From Deltaproteobacteria bacterium (GTDB lineage Bacteria; Desulfobacterota_D; UBA1144; Nemesobacterales; UBA2774), in NCBI GenBank assembly GCA_029262255.1, contig JAJCZT010000050.1, forward strand, positions 1 through 40,062: a DNA stretch of 40,062 nucleotides, in the 5' to 3' direction. Positions 19,095-28,786 of the stretch are shown one piece after another. The position numbers were made by a program, and so were the translations under genes. The notes under the pieces are model-generated. The model was not told the DNA's origin. It did not search any database and was given only the letters and a program-made list of their open reading frames with translations. Each line of letters starts with the position of its first letter. Positions within the stretch are counted from its first letter, which is position 1.

Positions 19095-19580
19095 TTATTC
19101 CCTATTAGTATATGCATGAATAAACACTAAGGCAACCCCAAATATAAAGATTGCAGAGTTTAAGATTGCCGCTTTTCTATGTAACTGCCCGAATTCCTTG
19201 CGTATTTCCTGGTATTTAGGGCTATTTTCTTCAACAGCTCTCATCTCAGTTCTGACTTTATGGGTCTGTGGCGTAACAATCTCTCCAGCGTAGACAGCTA
19301 GTCCAATCATGACTACCAGAGCTGTCAATATTATTGTATTTGTCAGATGCGAAAGATGATTTCCTAAGTAGATTAGAAGGATGGAGCTAATAAGAGCAAC
19401 TGCTCCGCAAACATAGGAAACCAGATAGTACTTTGGAAAGATATCTGAAACAACATTTCCCGCGAGTTCTCGAGAGAGGGTCTTAAAAATACTCGGAGCC
19501 GCAATCATAGAAAAAAAGAAGATGCTCCCGATCCAAAATGTTAGGGATAACGAATATAGAAACCTAAGGGTAGTCTGCAT
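19095..19580 (-). CDS. DUF4149 (TMEM205-like) membrane protein
   Basis: 161 aa with four hydrophobic helices. The N-terminal LTFWIGSIFFFSMIAAPSIFKTL..ELAG..VSDIFPKYY pattern resembles DUF4149. Recognised by eye. Confidence 0.5.
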   Translation of the reverse strand: MQTTLRFLYSLSLTFWIGSIFFFSMIAAPSIFKTLSRELAGNVVSDIFPKYYLVSYVCGAVALISSILLIYLGNHLSHLTNTIILTALVVMIGLAVYAGEIVTPQTHKVRTEMRAVEENSPKYQEIRKEFGQLHRKAAILNSAIFIFGVALVFIHAYTNRE

Positions 19581-19582
19581 CG

Positions 19583-20035
19583 TTAATTAAAAGTGCAGTT
19601 CTGAATAGTTAGAGTGCATTGTTTAGACTCGCTTTCAAAAAAAGACGCGGTTAAGGATTTAAATGTGCCTTGTATATTCAAAGTACTGCCCTTGGCGGTA
19701 TCAAGCACACTTTTTTGATCAGGTGAATTACAGAAGCACTGCACAACCCTTTGGCTTCTGGTGACAACTTCCATTGTAAATGTTCCCTCTGGGGCGTCTG
19801 AGCATAATGAATAAATCTTCTTAACCATTTCAGCTTTAACGGTAGTTTGGACTGTTTTGTCTTTATAAAGACTATCTGCGGACATTGGCTCGTCTATGTA
19901 AAGCTCGCAAACTTGATCGACTGATATTTTTTGAGCCGAATCTCCGTCTTGGGCTTCTACGGGTTTAATTGTCCCTATGAATGAAAAAATAAAAGCCCCC
20001 AGAATTAAAATGAAAAACGCAGGGTTGTTAGTCAT
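19583..20035 (-). CDS. Exported hypothetical protein (possible OB-fold, tRNA_anti-like family)
   Basis: I moved the start to ATG 20035 because AGGAGG (20046-20041) lies 5 nt upstream. The tracked start at 20074 has no SD. The product begins MTNNPAFFILILGAFIFSFIGTIKPVEAQ (signal peptide). The stop is 2 nt from the next start. The fold assignment is tentative. Confidence 0.5.
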   Translation of the reverse strand: MTNNPAFFILILGAFIFSFIGTIKPVEAQDGDSAQKISVDQVCELYIDEPMSADSLYKDKTVQTTVKAEMVKKIYSLCSDAPEGTFTMEVVTRSQRVVQCFCNSPDQKSVLDTAKGSTLNIQGTFKSLTASFFESESKQCTLTIQNCTFN

Positions 20036-20191
20036 CGTATCCTCCTTTGTGTCGCTTGGATTTCTAGACCCCATCAGCGCTTTAATTATAACACGTGTTT
20101 AATCTAATATAAGGATCAATTTATGTTGAGTTTTAACTTGAAAAGCTTCCTCTCTTGATATTTAGATCGGTCGTTGTGTATAGTTTTTCTA

Positions 20192-21325
20192 ATGAAGAAG
20201 GACAGTTTATTAATTATTGATACTACCGAGAACAACGCGGATCTACTTTACAGGACCAATTTTTTTGTTCCGGACCCCGTTATTTACATAGAACATAAGG
20301 GGGAAAAGATACTAGTTCTGAGTGATCTTGAGATTGATAGGGGAAAGAATGAGGCTACTGTTGATGTAGTACTATCATTGTCGGATTACCAAAGAAGATT
20401 ATTATCTAAAAAGCGAAAGCGTCTTAAGTTTGTGGATATAGCTGATGAAGTTCTTAAAGATCTTAAGATTAAAAAAGCTCTTGTCCCCGGAATGTTTTCA
20501 ATAAAGTATGCTGATGAATTAAGGAAGCGGGGATATACGATTAAAGTCAGCGAGGAAGAGCCATTTTTTAAAGAGCGGCTTAAAAAGACACCTCAGGAAG
20601 TGGGCTCGCTTAAAGATGCTTTAAGAAAAACCGCAAGGGCAATGGACCTTGCCATAAGGATGGTAGCTTCTTCAGAGATCAGAAGAAATAAGCTTTACAT
20701 AGATGGTCAGATTCTTACCTCAGAAAAGGTAAAAGGTGAGGTTAGCGCTGAGCTCTCGAGGATGGGCTATAACGCCTCGCATACAATTGTGGCCTCAGGC
20801 GTCCATTCTTTCATGCCCCATCACAGCGGTGAGGGGCCGATATTTGCTGATAAACCACTAGTGATTGATATTTTTCCGAGGTCCCAGGAGACAGGATATT
20901 TTGGGGATATGACCAGGACCGTGATAAGAGGGGAGCCGTCTGAAAAGTTGGTAAGAATGTATAACACAGTGCTCAACGGTCAGAAACTTGGAATAAGCAT
21001 GATAAAGGATGGGGTCAAGGGTAGGGATGTCCACACAGCAATTGTTGAGTATTTTAATGAATCCGGATTTGAGACCGGGAATCTTAACGGAAAACAACAG
21101 GGGTTTATCCATTCCACCGGACACGGTCTTGGGCTTGAGATACACGAGCCGCCGAGAATAGGGATGGGTGATGAAATACTCAGAGAGGGAAATGTGGTTA
21201 CAGTGGAACCCGGGCTTTACTATGAGAAGGTAGGCGGTATTAGGATTGAGGATGTGGTTGTCGTTGAAAAGAACGGCTGTACTAATCTTACCAAATATCC
21301 AAAAAGGTTCAGAGTTAAAGTCTAA
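20192..21325 (+). CDS. M24-family Xaa-Pro aminopeptidase/dipeptidase
   Basis: The C-terminal pita-bread domain carries the metal ligands DIFP..YFGDMTRT, HSTGHGLGLEIHE, TVEPG and IRIEDVVVV. ATG 20192 (MKKDSL...) is preferred over the tracked TTG 20174. Confidence 0.8.
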   Translation: MKKDSLLIIDTTENNADLLYRTNFFVPDPVIYIEHKGEKILVLSDLEIDRGKNEATVDVVLSLSDYQRRLLSKKRKRLKFVDIADEVLKDLKIKKALVPGMFSIKYADELRKRGYTIKVSEEEPFFKERLKKTPQEVGSLKDALRKTARAMDLAIRMVASSEIRRNKLYIDGQILTSEKVKGEVSAELSRMGYNASHTIVASGVHSFMPHHSGEGPIFADKPLVIDIFPRSQETGYFGDMTRTVIRGEPSEKLVRMYNTVLNGQKLGISMIKDGVKGRDVHTAIVEYFNESGFETGNLNGKQQGFIHSTGHGLGLEIHEPPRIGMGDEILREGNVVTVEPGLYYEKVGGIRIEDVVVVEKNGCTNLTKYPKRFRVKV

Positions 21326-21458
21326 ATAGGTTTGATTTAAAAAACTTTAGAGATTTATTATCCCAACTAAACCTCAAACAACATCTATTAATATTTGATC
21401 AGTGTATTATTGATATAGAGTTTCTGCTCTGAAGTAAAGCTTGTAAATAGGAGATAAC

Positions 21459-22229
21459 ATGAAGAAGAATTTTCAGGATATTGTTGAACTTTCAAATCAA
21501 CTGAGAAGCCCTGAGGGATGCCCTTGGGATAGAGAGCAATCATTGGATTCAATAAAACCATATATCATCGAAGAAGCATATGAAGTTGTTCAGGCAATCG
21601 AGCAAAAGGACAAGGATGACATTATTGAGGAGCTTGGCGATCTTTTTTTTCAGGTCATATTTGCCTCTCAGATTGCCTCTGAGGATGAAGAGTTCAATAT
21701 AGAGGACGTTGTGGACAGGCTCCATAGTAAACTGGTTAGCAGGCATCCGCATGTGTTCGGGGATGAAAAGGCAAAGGACGCCCAAGAGGCTATCAAAATT
21801 TGGCATAGACAAAAGCTTAAGGAAAAGTCGAGAAAAAGAAGACTGCTGGAAATACCGCGTACTATGCCGTCACTTCTCAGAGCGCACAGGGTTGGGGAGA
21901 AGGCGTCTCAAGTCGGTTTTGACTGGAAAAGCGCTGAGCAGGTTCTTCCAAAGGTAAAAGAAGAGCTTAGTGAGTTAGAAGTGGAAATAAAAAATCAGAA
22001 CAAGCAGGGAATTGAAAAGGAGTTTGGGGATCTTGTTTTCTCTATAGTGAATTTAGGGAGACATCTAAAACTTGATTCAGAGAGCACGGCGCATAAAGCA
22101 ATAGATGGTTTTATCAGTAGGTTCAGTAAAGTAGAGGATAAGGCGCAAGAGAGGGGAAAGGAGCTGTCAGGGCTTGCAATAGAGGAAATGGATGAGCTGT
22201 GGGAAGAGGTGAAGAGTGAGGGCGCCTAA
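21459..22229 (+). CDS. mazG: Nucleoside triphosphate pyrophosphohydrolase MazG
   Basis: 256 aa with tandem MazG domains: CPWDREQS, EEAYEVVQAIE, ELGDLFFQV, and a second copy with EEL.ELE and EFGDLVFSIVNL. Confidence 0.85.
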   Translation: MKKNFQDIVELSNQLRSPEGCPWDREQSLDSIKPYIIEEAYEVVQAIEQKDKDDIIEELGDLFFQVIFASQIASEDEEFNIEDVVDRLHSKLVSRHPHVFGDEKAKDAQEAIKIWHRQKLKEKSRKRRLLEIPRTMPSLLRAHRVGEKASQVGFDWKSAEQVLPKVKEELSELEVEIKNQNKQGIEKEFGDLVFSIVNLGRHLKLDSESTAHKAIDGFISRFSKVEDKAQERGKELSGLAIEEMDELWEEVKSEGA

Positions 22230-22241
22230 ATTATTTTGAGC

Positions 22242-23453
22242 CTATGTTTCATTCCCGATTAACATGCTCACAAGTTTATAACCCTCATTAACATATACGT
22301 CAGATCCGCTTGCCGATTTCTCGGTGTAAACAAAGGAATCATTTTTCACACTTTCATCACTTGAGCTGTAAATTGCAAACGGCACAGGCTCGTTTATATG
22401 AGTTCTGATATCAATAGGCGTAGGATGATCGGACATAACGAGAATTCTATAATCACCGAATCTCTTTATGCCGTCCAACACTCGTCCCACTACCCTGCCG
22501 TCAAAATCCTCAATTGCCTGGATTTTGAGCTTGGCGTCTCCCATGTGCCCCGTTTCATCAGTCGACTCAATGTGAATCATTGTTAGATCAACTTCCTCAA
22601 GAGAATTTAAAGCGTAGTCAACTTTGCCTTCATAATTTGTATCCAGATAACCTGTGGCACCGGGAACATCTATCACACGCAGACCCGCATATTTCCCTAT
22701 ACCTTTAACAAGGTCTACAGCCGATATAACCGACCCTGTTAAACCGTAGAGTTCTTTAAACGAGGGCATAGAGGGCGCAACCCCCTGTCCCCAGAGCCAT
22801 ATGCTTGTGGCCGGGTTTTTTCCTTCTTCAATTCTTTTTTTGTTTACAGGGTGATCTTTTAAAATGCGTCTTGATTTTTCAATTAGCTCAATTAATTTTT
22901 GAGAACCCTCACCGCTTGGCAGATGAGTTGCTATATCCTTTCCGGATATATCGTGAGGAGGTGTGGTATTAATATCTTTATTGCCTCCCGACCAAACGAG
23001 TAAATGTCTGTAGCTAACTCCGGGATGAAGTGTCAAATTCTCTTCTTCAAGCTCAGCTTTGAGGTCCAAGATAAGTTCTTTTGCTTCCTCGGTAGATATA
23101 TGTCCCGCGCTATAATCCTCCATTATAGTGCTTCCGTTCTCTGAAGCCAGTGTGACCAGGTTACATCTCAGAGTAACGTCAGTCGCGCCAAGCTCTACCC
23201 CCATGCTAGCTGCTTCAAGAGGCGATCTTCCGGTGTAGTAGACCATCGGGTCGTATCCGAGCACTGTCAGGTTGCCGACATCGCTTCCCGGAGGAAGTGG
23301 GTCTGGAATGGTCTTTACCATGCCGAATGTAGTAGCGCATTTGGCGATTTTGTCTAAATTTGGGGTGTTTGCGACCTCAAGCGGGGTTTTCCCACCGAGC
23401 TCCGGGAGCAAATGATCGGGCATTCCGTCGCCCTGCAGGATTACGTATTTCAT
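22242..23453 (-). CDS. apgM: Cofactor-independent phosphoglycerate mutase, archaeal-type (ApgM family)
   Basis: 403 aa. N-terminal MKYVILQGDGMPD, the metal-binding region ESTDETGHMGD and SDHPTP are typical of ApgM-type iPGM. Confidence 0.8.
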   Translation of the reverse strand: MKYVILQGDGMPDHLLPELGGKTPLEVANTPNLDKIAKCATTFGMVKTIPDPLPPGSDVGNLTVLGYDPMVYYTGRSPLEAASMGVELGATDVTLRCNLVTLASENGSTIMEDYSAGHISTEEAKELILDLKAELEEENLTLHPGVSYRHLLVWSGGNKDINTTPPHDISGKDIATHLPSGEGSQKLIELIEKSRRILKDHPVNKKRIEEGKNPATSIWLWGQGVAPSMPSFKELYGLTGSVISAVDLVKGIGKYAGLRVIDVPGATGYLDTNYEGKVDYALNSLEEVDLTMIHIESTDETGHMGDAKLKIQAIEDFDGRVVGRVLDGIKRFGDYRILVMSDHPTPIDIRTHINEPVPFAIYSSSDESVKNDSFVYTEKSASGSDVYVNEGYKLVSMLIGNET

Positions 23454-23536
23454 AGTGAAAAGATGTTAAATGCTTTTAGGAATTTATCAAGATGCTTCTT
23501 GTTATATGTGGAAGTATAGGGGAAAAGTTATAGATC

Positions 23537-24466
23537 TCAGCCTAGAGAACCATTTTCAAGCTTAAGAACCTGCCTCTCTGCGTGGTAGGAGCTTCTAACA
23601 AGCGGGCCCGCTTCAACGTGGGGCAAGCCTATAATGTTCTCCCCGTAAGCTTTTAAGGAATCAAACTCGAGGGGGTGATAGAATTTAGACACCGGCAAAT
23701 GGTCTATTGTGGGCTGCAAATACTGTCCGATTGTCACTATATCACAGCCTGCGTTTTTTAAATCCCTTAGAGTTTCTAATATTTCTTCGGTTTCCTCACC
23801 AAGGCCGACCATAATTCCTGATTTGGTAAGCATTTCGTGATATCCATTTTCTTTGCTCTCGGAAATTACCTTGAGAGACCAGGCGTAGTTTGCCTGGGGA
23901 CGGACTGATCTTTTTCTTCCGCTACCGGTTATTTGTGGTAAGCGGTAGAGTCTGGGCACCGTCTCTATGTTGTGGTTAAGTATTTCAGGACGGGCTTGTA
24001 GAATCTGATTTAGAGCTTTGGAGTCCCCTTTGAAGTCAGGGATTAAGACCTCAATTTTTACTTCCGGGTTATATTCTCTTACTGTTTTAATGGTGTCGGC
24101 AAAAATACATGCGCTTTCATAGTTTTTGTCGTCTCTATTAACTGAGGTTATTACAACGTGAGTTATATTGGCGTTATTTTTGGTAAGGCTGTTTACCGCT
24201 TGCCCTACTCTTTTAGGCTCTTCCCAGTCAAGCTCTCCGCCATGTCCGGTCTTTACATGGCAAAAACCGCAGCTCCTGGTACACGTGTCGCCCAGAATCA
24301 TAAACGTAAGCGTCCCCGCGCTCCAGCATTCTCCGATATTAGGGCAGCGAGCTTCCTGGCAGACGGTGTTGAGGTTGAGCTCTTTGGTCAGGCTCTTGAG
24401 GTGTGTGTAGTTTTTGCCAGACGGGAGCTTGGCTTTAATCCAGCTTGGTTTTCCTATGTTACGCAT
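23537..24466 (-). CDS. lipA: Lipoyl synthase
   Basis: It has the auxiliary cluster motif CQEARCPNIGECW and the radical-SAM motif CTRSCGFC. Length of 309 aa is typical. Confidence 0.9.
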   Translation of the reverse strand: MRNIGKPSWIKAKLPSGKNYTHLKSLTKELNLNTVCQEARCPNIGECWSAGTLTFMILGDTCTRSCGFCHVKTGHGGELDWEEPKRVGQAVNSLTKNNANITHVVITSVNRDDKNYESACIFADTIKTVREYNPEVKIEVLIPDFKGDSKALNQILQARPEILNHNIETVPRLYRLPQITGSGRKRSVRPQANYAWSLKVISESKENGYHEMLTKSGIMVGLGEETEEILETLRDLKNAGCDIVTIGQYLQPTIDHLPVSKFYHPLEFDSLKAYGENIIGLPHVEAGPLVRSSYHAERQVLKLENGSLG

Positions 24467-24549
24467 AATAATATTCTAATACAGAATCCTATTTAGAGGC
24501 AGTAAAGTTATTCCAATCTCCGTCCTCGTAATCTTAGATAAACCCAAGT

Positions 24550-24927
24550 TTAAGACGGCGGAGAAAAGGGATTGGCCCCCCCTTCATTGCTAGAGCTGCT
24601 AGTGTTACTAGGGCTGCTCTCCGTAGGAGCTTGGGAGCCCTGGTCAGCTAACTGAGCCTCAAGCTCTTTTATTCTTCTGCTTTTTTGTCTGGATGACGAG
24701 CTTGCGGATATCGACTGAAGGGCGCCGAATATGAGCGCTACTATTACTCCCAATACAAATGCGGACAAGATGAGCACAATGTTCTTGGTTATGTATGGTC
24801 CGATTAGGTACTGATTTAAATCAAGCTGCAGTTCGAATGAGTGTGTGAATACTTCAAGGTTCTGTGTGTAAACAATAGCGAAGAAGACAATTATTAAAAC
24901 TATTAGTATTAATCTTATGAATCTCAT
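24550..24927 (-). CDS. LapA-domain (DUF1049) inner-membrane protein with Ser-rich disordered tail
   Basis: 125 aa with two N-terminal helices and a following KELEAQL coiled segment, as in LapA/YciS-type proteins. The tail is low-complexity Ser/Pro. Confidence 0.5.
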   Translation of the reverse strand: MRFIRLILIVLIIVFFAIVYTQNLEVFTHSFELQLDLNQYLIGPYITKNIVLILSAFVLGVIVALIFGALQSISASSSSRQKSRRIKELEAQLADQGSQAPTESSPSNTSSSSNEGGANPFSPPS

Positions 24928-24937
24928 TACTCACCTC

Positions 24938-25423
24938 TCAATTATTTTTTATTTGCTCACTTAGGGTTTCATATGTGTCTTCAAGGTACTCGGGCATTAC
25001 TTTTACATCTGCAATCAAGGGCATAAAATTCGTGTCTCCATTCCAGCGTGGAACTATATGAAAATGGAGATGATCATCAATTCCAGCTCCCCCTGCAGTA
25101 CCTAAGTTCATTCCTATATTAAAACCCTCAGGGTTCATTACTTTTAGGATTTCAATACACTTTGTAGTTAAACTCATCAGCTCCAGTTTTTCCTTATCAT
25201 CAAGTTCTAACATATTATTTGTGTGTTTGTAAGGAACAGCCATTAGATGTCCGTTTGAATAAGGATAACGATTCATAATTATAAAACTGGTTTCACCTTT
25301 ATAGAGTATAAGGTTTTTTTTATCATTTTCTTCCCTGGGTTTATCGCAAAAAATACATTCTTCTTTTTTTTCCCTTGTTATGTACTCAATCCTCCAGGGG
25401 GCCCAAAGTGTTTTCATATTCAA
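24938..25423 (-). CDS. HIT-family nucleotide hydrolase/transferase (Ap4A-phosphorylase-like branch)
   Basis: It has the histidine triad HLHFHIVPRW, N-terminal LWAPWRIEYI and CIFC. Its start overlaps the sppA stop by 4 nt. Confidence 0.8.
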   Translation of the reverse strand: MNMKTLWAPWRIEYITREKKEECIFCDKPREENDKKNLILYKGETSFIIMNRYPYSNGHLMAVPYKHTNNMLELDDKEKLELMSLTTKCIEILKVMNPEGFNIGMNLGTAGGAGIDDHLHFHIVPRWNGDTNFMPLIADVKVMPEYLEDTYETLSEQIKNN

Positions 25424-26301
25424 TTAATTATATCGACTAGATAGAAAAGTCCAAAACGTGATTTTGTTGGGATTCCTGTCAAAAGACTTGTATCAAATTT
25501 TGAGTTCAATAAATCCTGGAAACTAAATTTCTTTTTAGGGAAATTTATTACATTGGGTTCACCCTCAATTCCACCTAATTTTCCTGCCTCGCTTACCGCA
25601 TCATTTATTGTTCCAAGTTCGTCTATCAGTTTAAGATTTAGAGCCTGCTCGCCAGTATATATTTTCCCTTCTGCAATACTATCTACTTGCTCAGTTCCAA
25701 GATCTCTTGAGCTGGCCACGACTGATTTAAACTGTGAATAAACGTTATCTATAAGTTCTTGAATATACTGTTTATCGGTTTCATCCATTTCTCTAAAGGG
25801 GGATCCTACGTCTTTGTATTTGCCGCTCTTTATTACCTCTACATCTATCTTAGCCCAATCAAGGAGTTTTTCATAACTCGCGAATTGAGCAATTACCCCA
25901 ATACTTCCTGTAATGGAGCCGGGGTTAGCATATATTTTTTCGGTAGCGCATGCAATGTAATAGCCTCCGGATGCGCCGACACCGCCGATGCTTGCCACGA
26001 TTGGGAGCTCCTTGCCCAGCTTCTTGAGTTCACTGTATATCTCTTGTGAGGGACCTACTGAGCCTCCCGGAGAATCGATCCTGACGACGAGCGCTTTGAC
26101 ATTATCGTCTTTAGCTATGGCATCTATGCTTTCCAGATAGATTTGAGAATCAATAATTACGTCCTCAACTCTGAGTACGGCAACTTTATCTCCTGAAGTA
26201 AAACTGCTCCCTCCGGATATTAAAAGCCCGCTTCCAATTCCTGCAAGAAATGTGAATATGAGTAGAAAAAGTATGACTATTGTAAGGAAAAGGCCCCTCA
26301 C
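25420..26301 (-). CDS. sppA: Signal peptide peptidase SppA (36K type, S49 family)
   Basis: It has an N-terminal membrane anchor, IDSPGGSVG, GASGGYYIA and TGSIGV. GTG start 2 nt after the rpsA stop. Confidence 0.8.
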   Translation of the reverse strand: MRGLFLTIVILFLLIFTFLAGIGSGLLISGGSSFTSGDKVAVLRVEDVIIDSQIYLESIDAIAKDDNVKALVVRIDSPGGSVGPSQEIYSELKKLGKELPIVASIGGVGASGGYYIACATEKIYANPGSITGSIGVIAQFASYEKLLDWAKIDVEVIKSGKYKDVGSPFREMDETDKQYIQELIDNVYSQFKSVVASSRDLGTEQVDSIAEGKIYTGEQALNLKLIDELGTINDAVSEAGKLGGIEGEPNVINFPKKKFSFQDLLNSKFDTSLLTGIPTKSRFGLFYLVDIIN

Positions 26302-26303
26302 TT

Positions 26304-27989
26304 CTAGACTACCTCATCGTTGTTAATTGATTTCAGCTTTTCGCCAAGAAGATCGCCAAGTGTAACGGTAGGCTCTGCTTGAGAAGAATTAAAGTCGGAA
26401 ACCCTCTCTTTCTCAACTTTCACCGTATGCTTTCTAACACTTAGGTTTACTTGCCTGTTTCTTCTATCAAAACCCACTACCTGAGCGGTTATTTCATCAC
26501 CCGGTTTGATTTTTTTTAATACATCCGTTTCTTCTTTATTCTGACGAAGCTCATTCACCCTAATATATCCTTCTATATTGTCTTCAAGCTCTACTACAAC
26601 TCCCCTTTCTTTTATCTCTTTAACTTTGCCTGTTATTGCGGACTTGCCCTGTCTATACTTTTGTTGCGCGTCTTCCCAAGGATCGCCTGTAAGCTGTTTT
26701 ACTCCAAGTCCTACTCTTTCGTTTTTCTCGTCGACATTTAATATAACAACATCAATTTCATCGCCTTTATTATAAGCTTCCTCAGGATTAACTTTTCCAG
26801 CCCATGAGATATTGTCCGGTCTTACAAGTCCGACTATATTCTCGGCAACCTCTACGAAAACTCCCCTATCGGTAACATTTCTTATTTTCCCTTTCATCAC
26901 CGATTTCGGAGGATTTTCCTTTTTGAAGAGCTGCCACGGGCTAGGCTCTATTTGTTTTAAGCTCAGCGAAATCCGTCTATTTTCCGAATTGACGTCAATT
27001 ACTACTGCCTCCACGATACTTCCGGAATCTACTACCTCTTTAGGATGGCGAAATCTTTTTGTCCATGTTATCTCGGAGACATGTACAAGTCCCTCAATTC
27101 CGGGTTCAAGCTCAACAAATACGCCAAAGTCCATCAAAGAAGCTACTTTTCCTTTAATATTGGTGCCCGGTGCGTACCTGTCGGCAACTGAATCCCAGGG
27201 ATTGGGCAATACTGCTTTAAGACTCAGAGTAACTTTCGACTCACCCTCAATTTTTAATATTTTTGTGCTTATTTCCTGGTCTACAGATAGAACATCTCCA
27301 GGGTGATGTATTCTTCCCCAGGAAAGCTCGCTAATAGGAATAAATCCTTCTAATCCACCCAGATCAACAAACACTCCCTGGTTTATTATATTTACAACTG
27401 TTCCCTGGATTTCCATGCCCTCTTCGAGCTTGGAAAGTGTTTCCTTCTTCAAGGACTCTCTTTGTTCTTCCAGGTATGCCCTTCTTGAGACTACAATATC
27501 TCTATTTGTATACTTTATGATTCTTACATCTATATTTTCGCCTACAAATTTGTCCAAGTCGGATTGAGGCCTTATATCTAGTTGTGAAGCAGGAAGAAAA
27601 GCTCTTATTTCTGTCAGGCTTCCTATATCAGTTATAAAACCGCCTTTTACCTTTTGAAGCACTTTAGCCTCTATAAGCTCCCCGCTCTCAAACTTTTCCT
27701 GCATTACTTTATTCTCTTTTATAAGACCGGCTTTTCTTCTTGAGAGTCTGGGGAGTCCGTGGTCATATTGGTCGAGCATGACCTCGACTTCGTCACCCAC
27801 TTCTATTTCAAGCTCACCGCTCTTTCCATAAAATTCTTCAGTCGGAGCAACTCCTTCGGACTTTGAGCCAAAATCAATAAAAACATCATCTTTATCTACT
27901 CGGACAACTATACCGGTGAATATTTTCCCCTGATCAGGGACGTTCATACTTTCATCAACTAGTTCTGCAAAATTTTTCTCTTCTACCAT
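26304..27989 (-). CDS. rpsA: 30S ribosomal protein S1
   Basis: 561 aa with six repeats of the S1 OB-fold pattern G..V.G.V......G.FV.L. Canonical position downstream of cmk. Confidence 0.9.
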   Translation of the reverse strand: MVEEKNFAELVDESMNVPDQGKIFTGIVVRVDKDDVFIDFGSKSEGVAPTEEFYGKSGELEIEVGDEVEVMLDQYDHGLPRLSRRKAGLIKENKVMQEKFESGELIEAKVLQKVKGGFITDIGSLTEIRAFLPASQLDIRPQSDLDKFVGENIDVRIIKYTNRDIVVSRRAYLEEQRESLKKETLSKLEEGMEIQGTVVNIINQGVFVDLGGLEGFIPISELSWGRIHHPGDVLSVDQEISTKILKIEGESKVTLSLKAVLPNPWDSVADRYAPGTNIKGKVASLMDFGVFVELEPGIEGLVHVSEITWTKRFRHPKEVVDSGSIVEAVVIDVNSENRRISLSLKQIEPSPWQLFKKENPPKSVMKGKIRNVTDRGVFVEVAENIVGLVRPDNISWAGKVNPEEAYNKGDEIDVVILNVDEKNERVGLGVKQLTGDPWEDAQQKYRQGKSAITGKVKEIKERGVVVELEDNIEGYIRVNELRQNKEETDVLKKIKPGDEITAQVVGFDRRNRQVNLSVRKHTVKVEKERVSDFNSSQAEPTVTLGDLLGEKLKSINNDEVV

Positions 27990-28075
27990 AGTCCTGCCTT
28001 CTCTTAATTAGATGTGATTCAAATTTACCGGGCGAATTTCATTATTAGAATTAGTATTAGGTAGCGTAGGTTTGT

Positions 28076-28786
28076 TTACTCACCCTTAACTTCTGCAATA
28101 ATTCTGTTTATAACGTCGTCGGCAATAAGATTTGTAGTATTTATTATTACTGCATTCGGAGCCGGATGCAAGGGAGATTCTAAGCGCTCTTTGTCCTGTT
28201 TGTCCCTTAATTCAATCTCTTTTGTTATATTATCAACCCCTATACTCTGGCCTGCTTCCCTTAATTGATTGCTTCTCCTCTTTGCTCTTTCTTCAAGTGT
28301 AGCATCTAAATAAAACTTGAAATCGGCGTCTGGAAATACATAAGTTCCCATATCTCTTCCCTCTACGACTATGTTGCCGTTTAACCCTATTTTCCTCTGT
28401 ATTTCAACAAGTTTTTTTCTAACAAGGCTCTTTGTAGCAACATCGGATGAGAGCCGGGAAATCTCAGGACTCCTGATCTTATCGGTGATGTTTTCGTTGT
28501 TAAGAGTCAGTATCAGATTATTCTCCTTGTTGTTTACAAATTCAATCTCTGTATTGCGTAATAATGATAAAAGCTCCTCTTCGTTATCAATATTTAAAGG
28601 GTTTCTTTTTACCTGAAGAGCTATTGCCCTATACATGGCCCCAGTGTCTAGGTATGTGAGCCCTAGGCGTTTTGCAACTGATTTTGCGACGGTGCTTTTT
28701 CCGACACCAGAGGGGCCGTCGATTGTTATTATTAGAGCTTTTTCCATTTTCATATTTGTATGGTTTTTAATACTAGGATAATTCAT
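28076..28786 (-). CDS. cmk: Cytidylate kinase
   Basis: It has the P-loop ITIDGPSGVGKST, then YLDTGAMYRA and EGRDMGT. ATG 28786 abuts the aroA stop (TAAATG). Internal Met codons 12/14 are alternative starts. Confidence 0.85.
   Translation of the reverse strand: MNYPSIKNHTNMKMEKALIITIDGPSGVGKSTVAKSVAKRLGLTYLDTGAMYRAIALQVKRNPLNIDNEEELLSLLRNTEIEFVNNKENNLILTLNNENITDKIRSPEISRLSSDVATKSLVRKKLVEIQRKIGLNGNIVVEGRDMGTYVFPDADFKFYLDATLEERAKRRSNQLREAGQSIGVDNITKEIELRDKQDKERLESPLHPAPNAVIINTTNLIADDVINRIIAEVKGE

Noticed and set aside
20090-20099. Perfect 10-bp palindrome AACACGTGTT, 55-64 nt upstream of the exported-protein gene start (20035) in a divergent promoter region
   Set aside because: A single short palindrome with no second copy in the window and no known cognate regulator could be chance. 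It is noted only as a possible operator.
22242-23453. Archaeal-type phosphoglycerate mutase in a bacterium as a possible horizontal transfer
   Set aside because: ApgM-type iPGM is widespread in several bacterial phyla, and nothing in the flanks (no repeats, no mobile genes) suggests recent acquisition.
26578-27306. Plus-strand ORFs (65 aa and 164 aa) inside rpsA
   Set aside because: They are Ser/Thr/Pro-rich antisense shadows of the highly conserved S1 gene. The same reasoning applies to the other tracked antisense ORFs inside prpE, murQ, anmK, the SSS gene, nuoI, accAD, lipA, sppA, cmk, aroA and the binding-protein genes.
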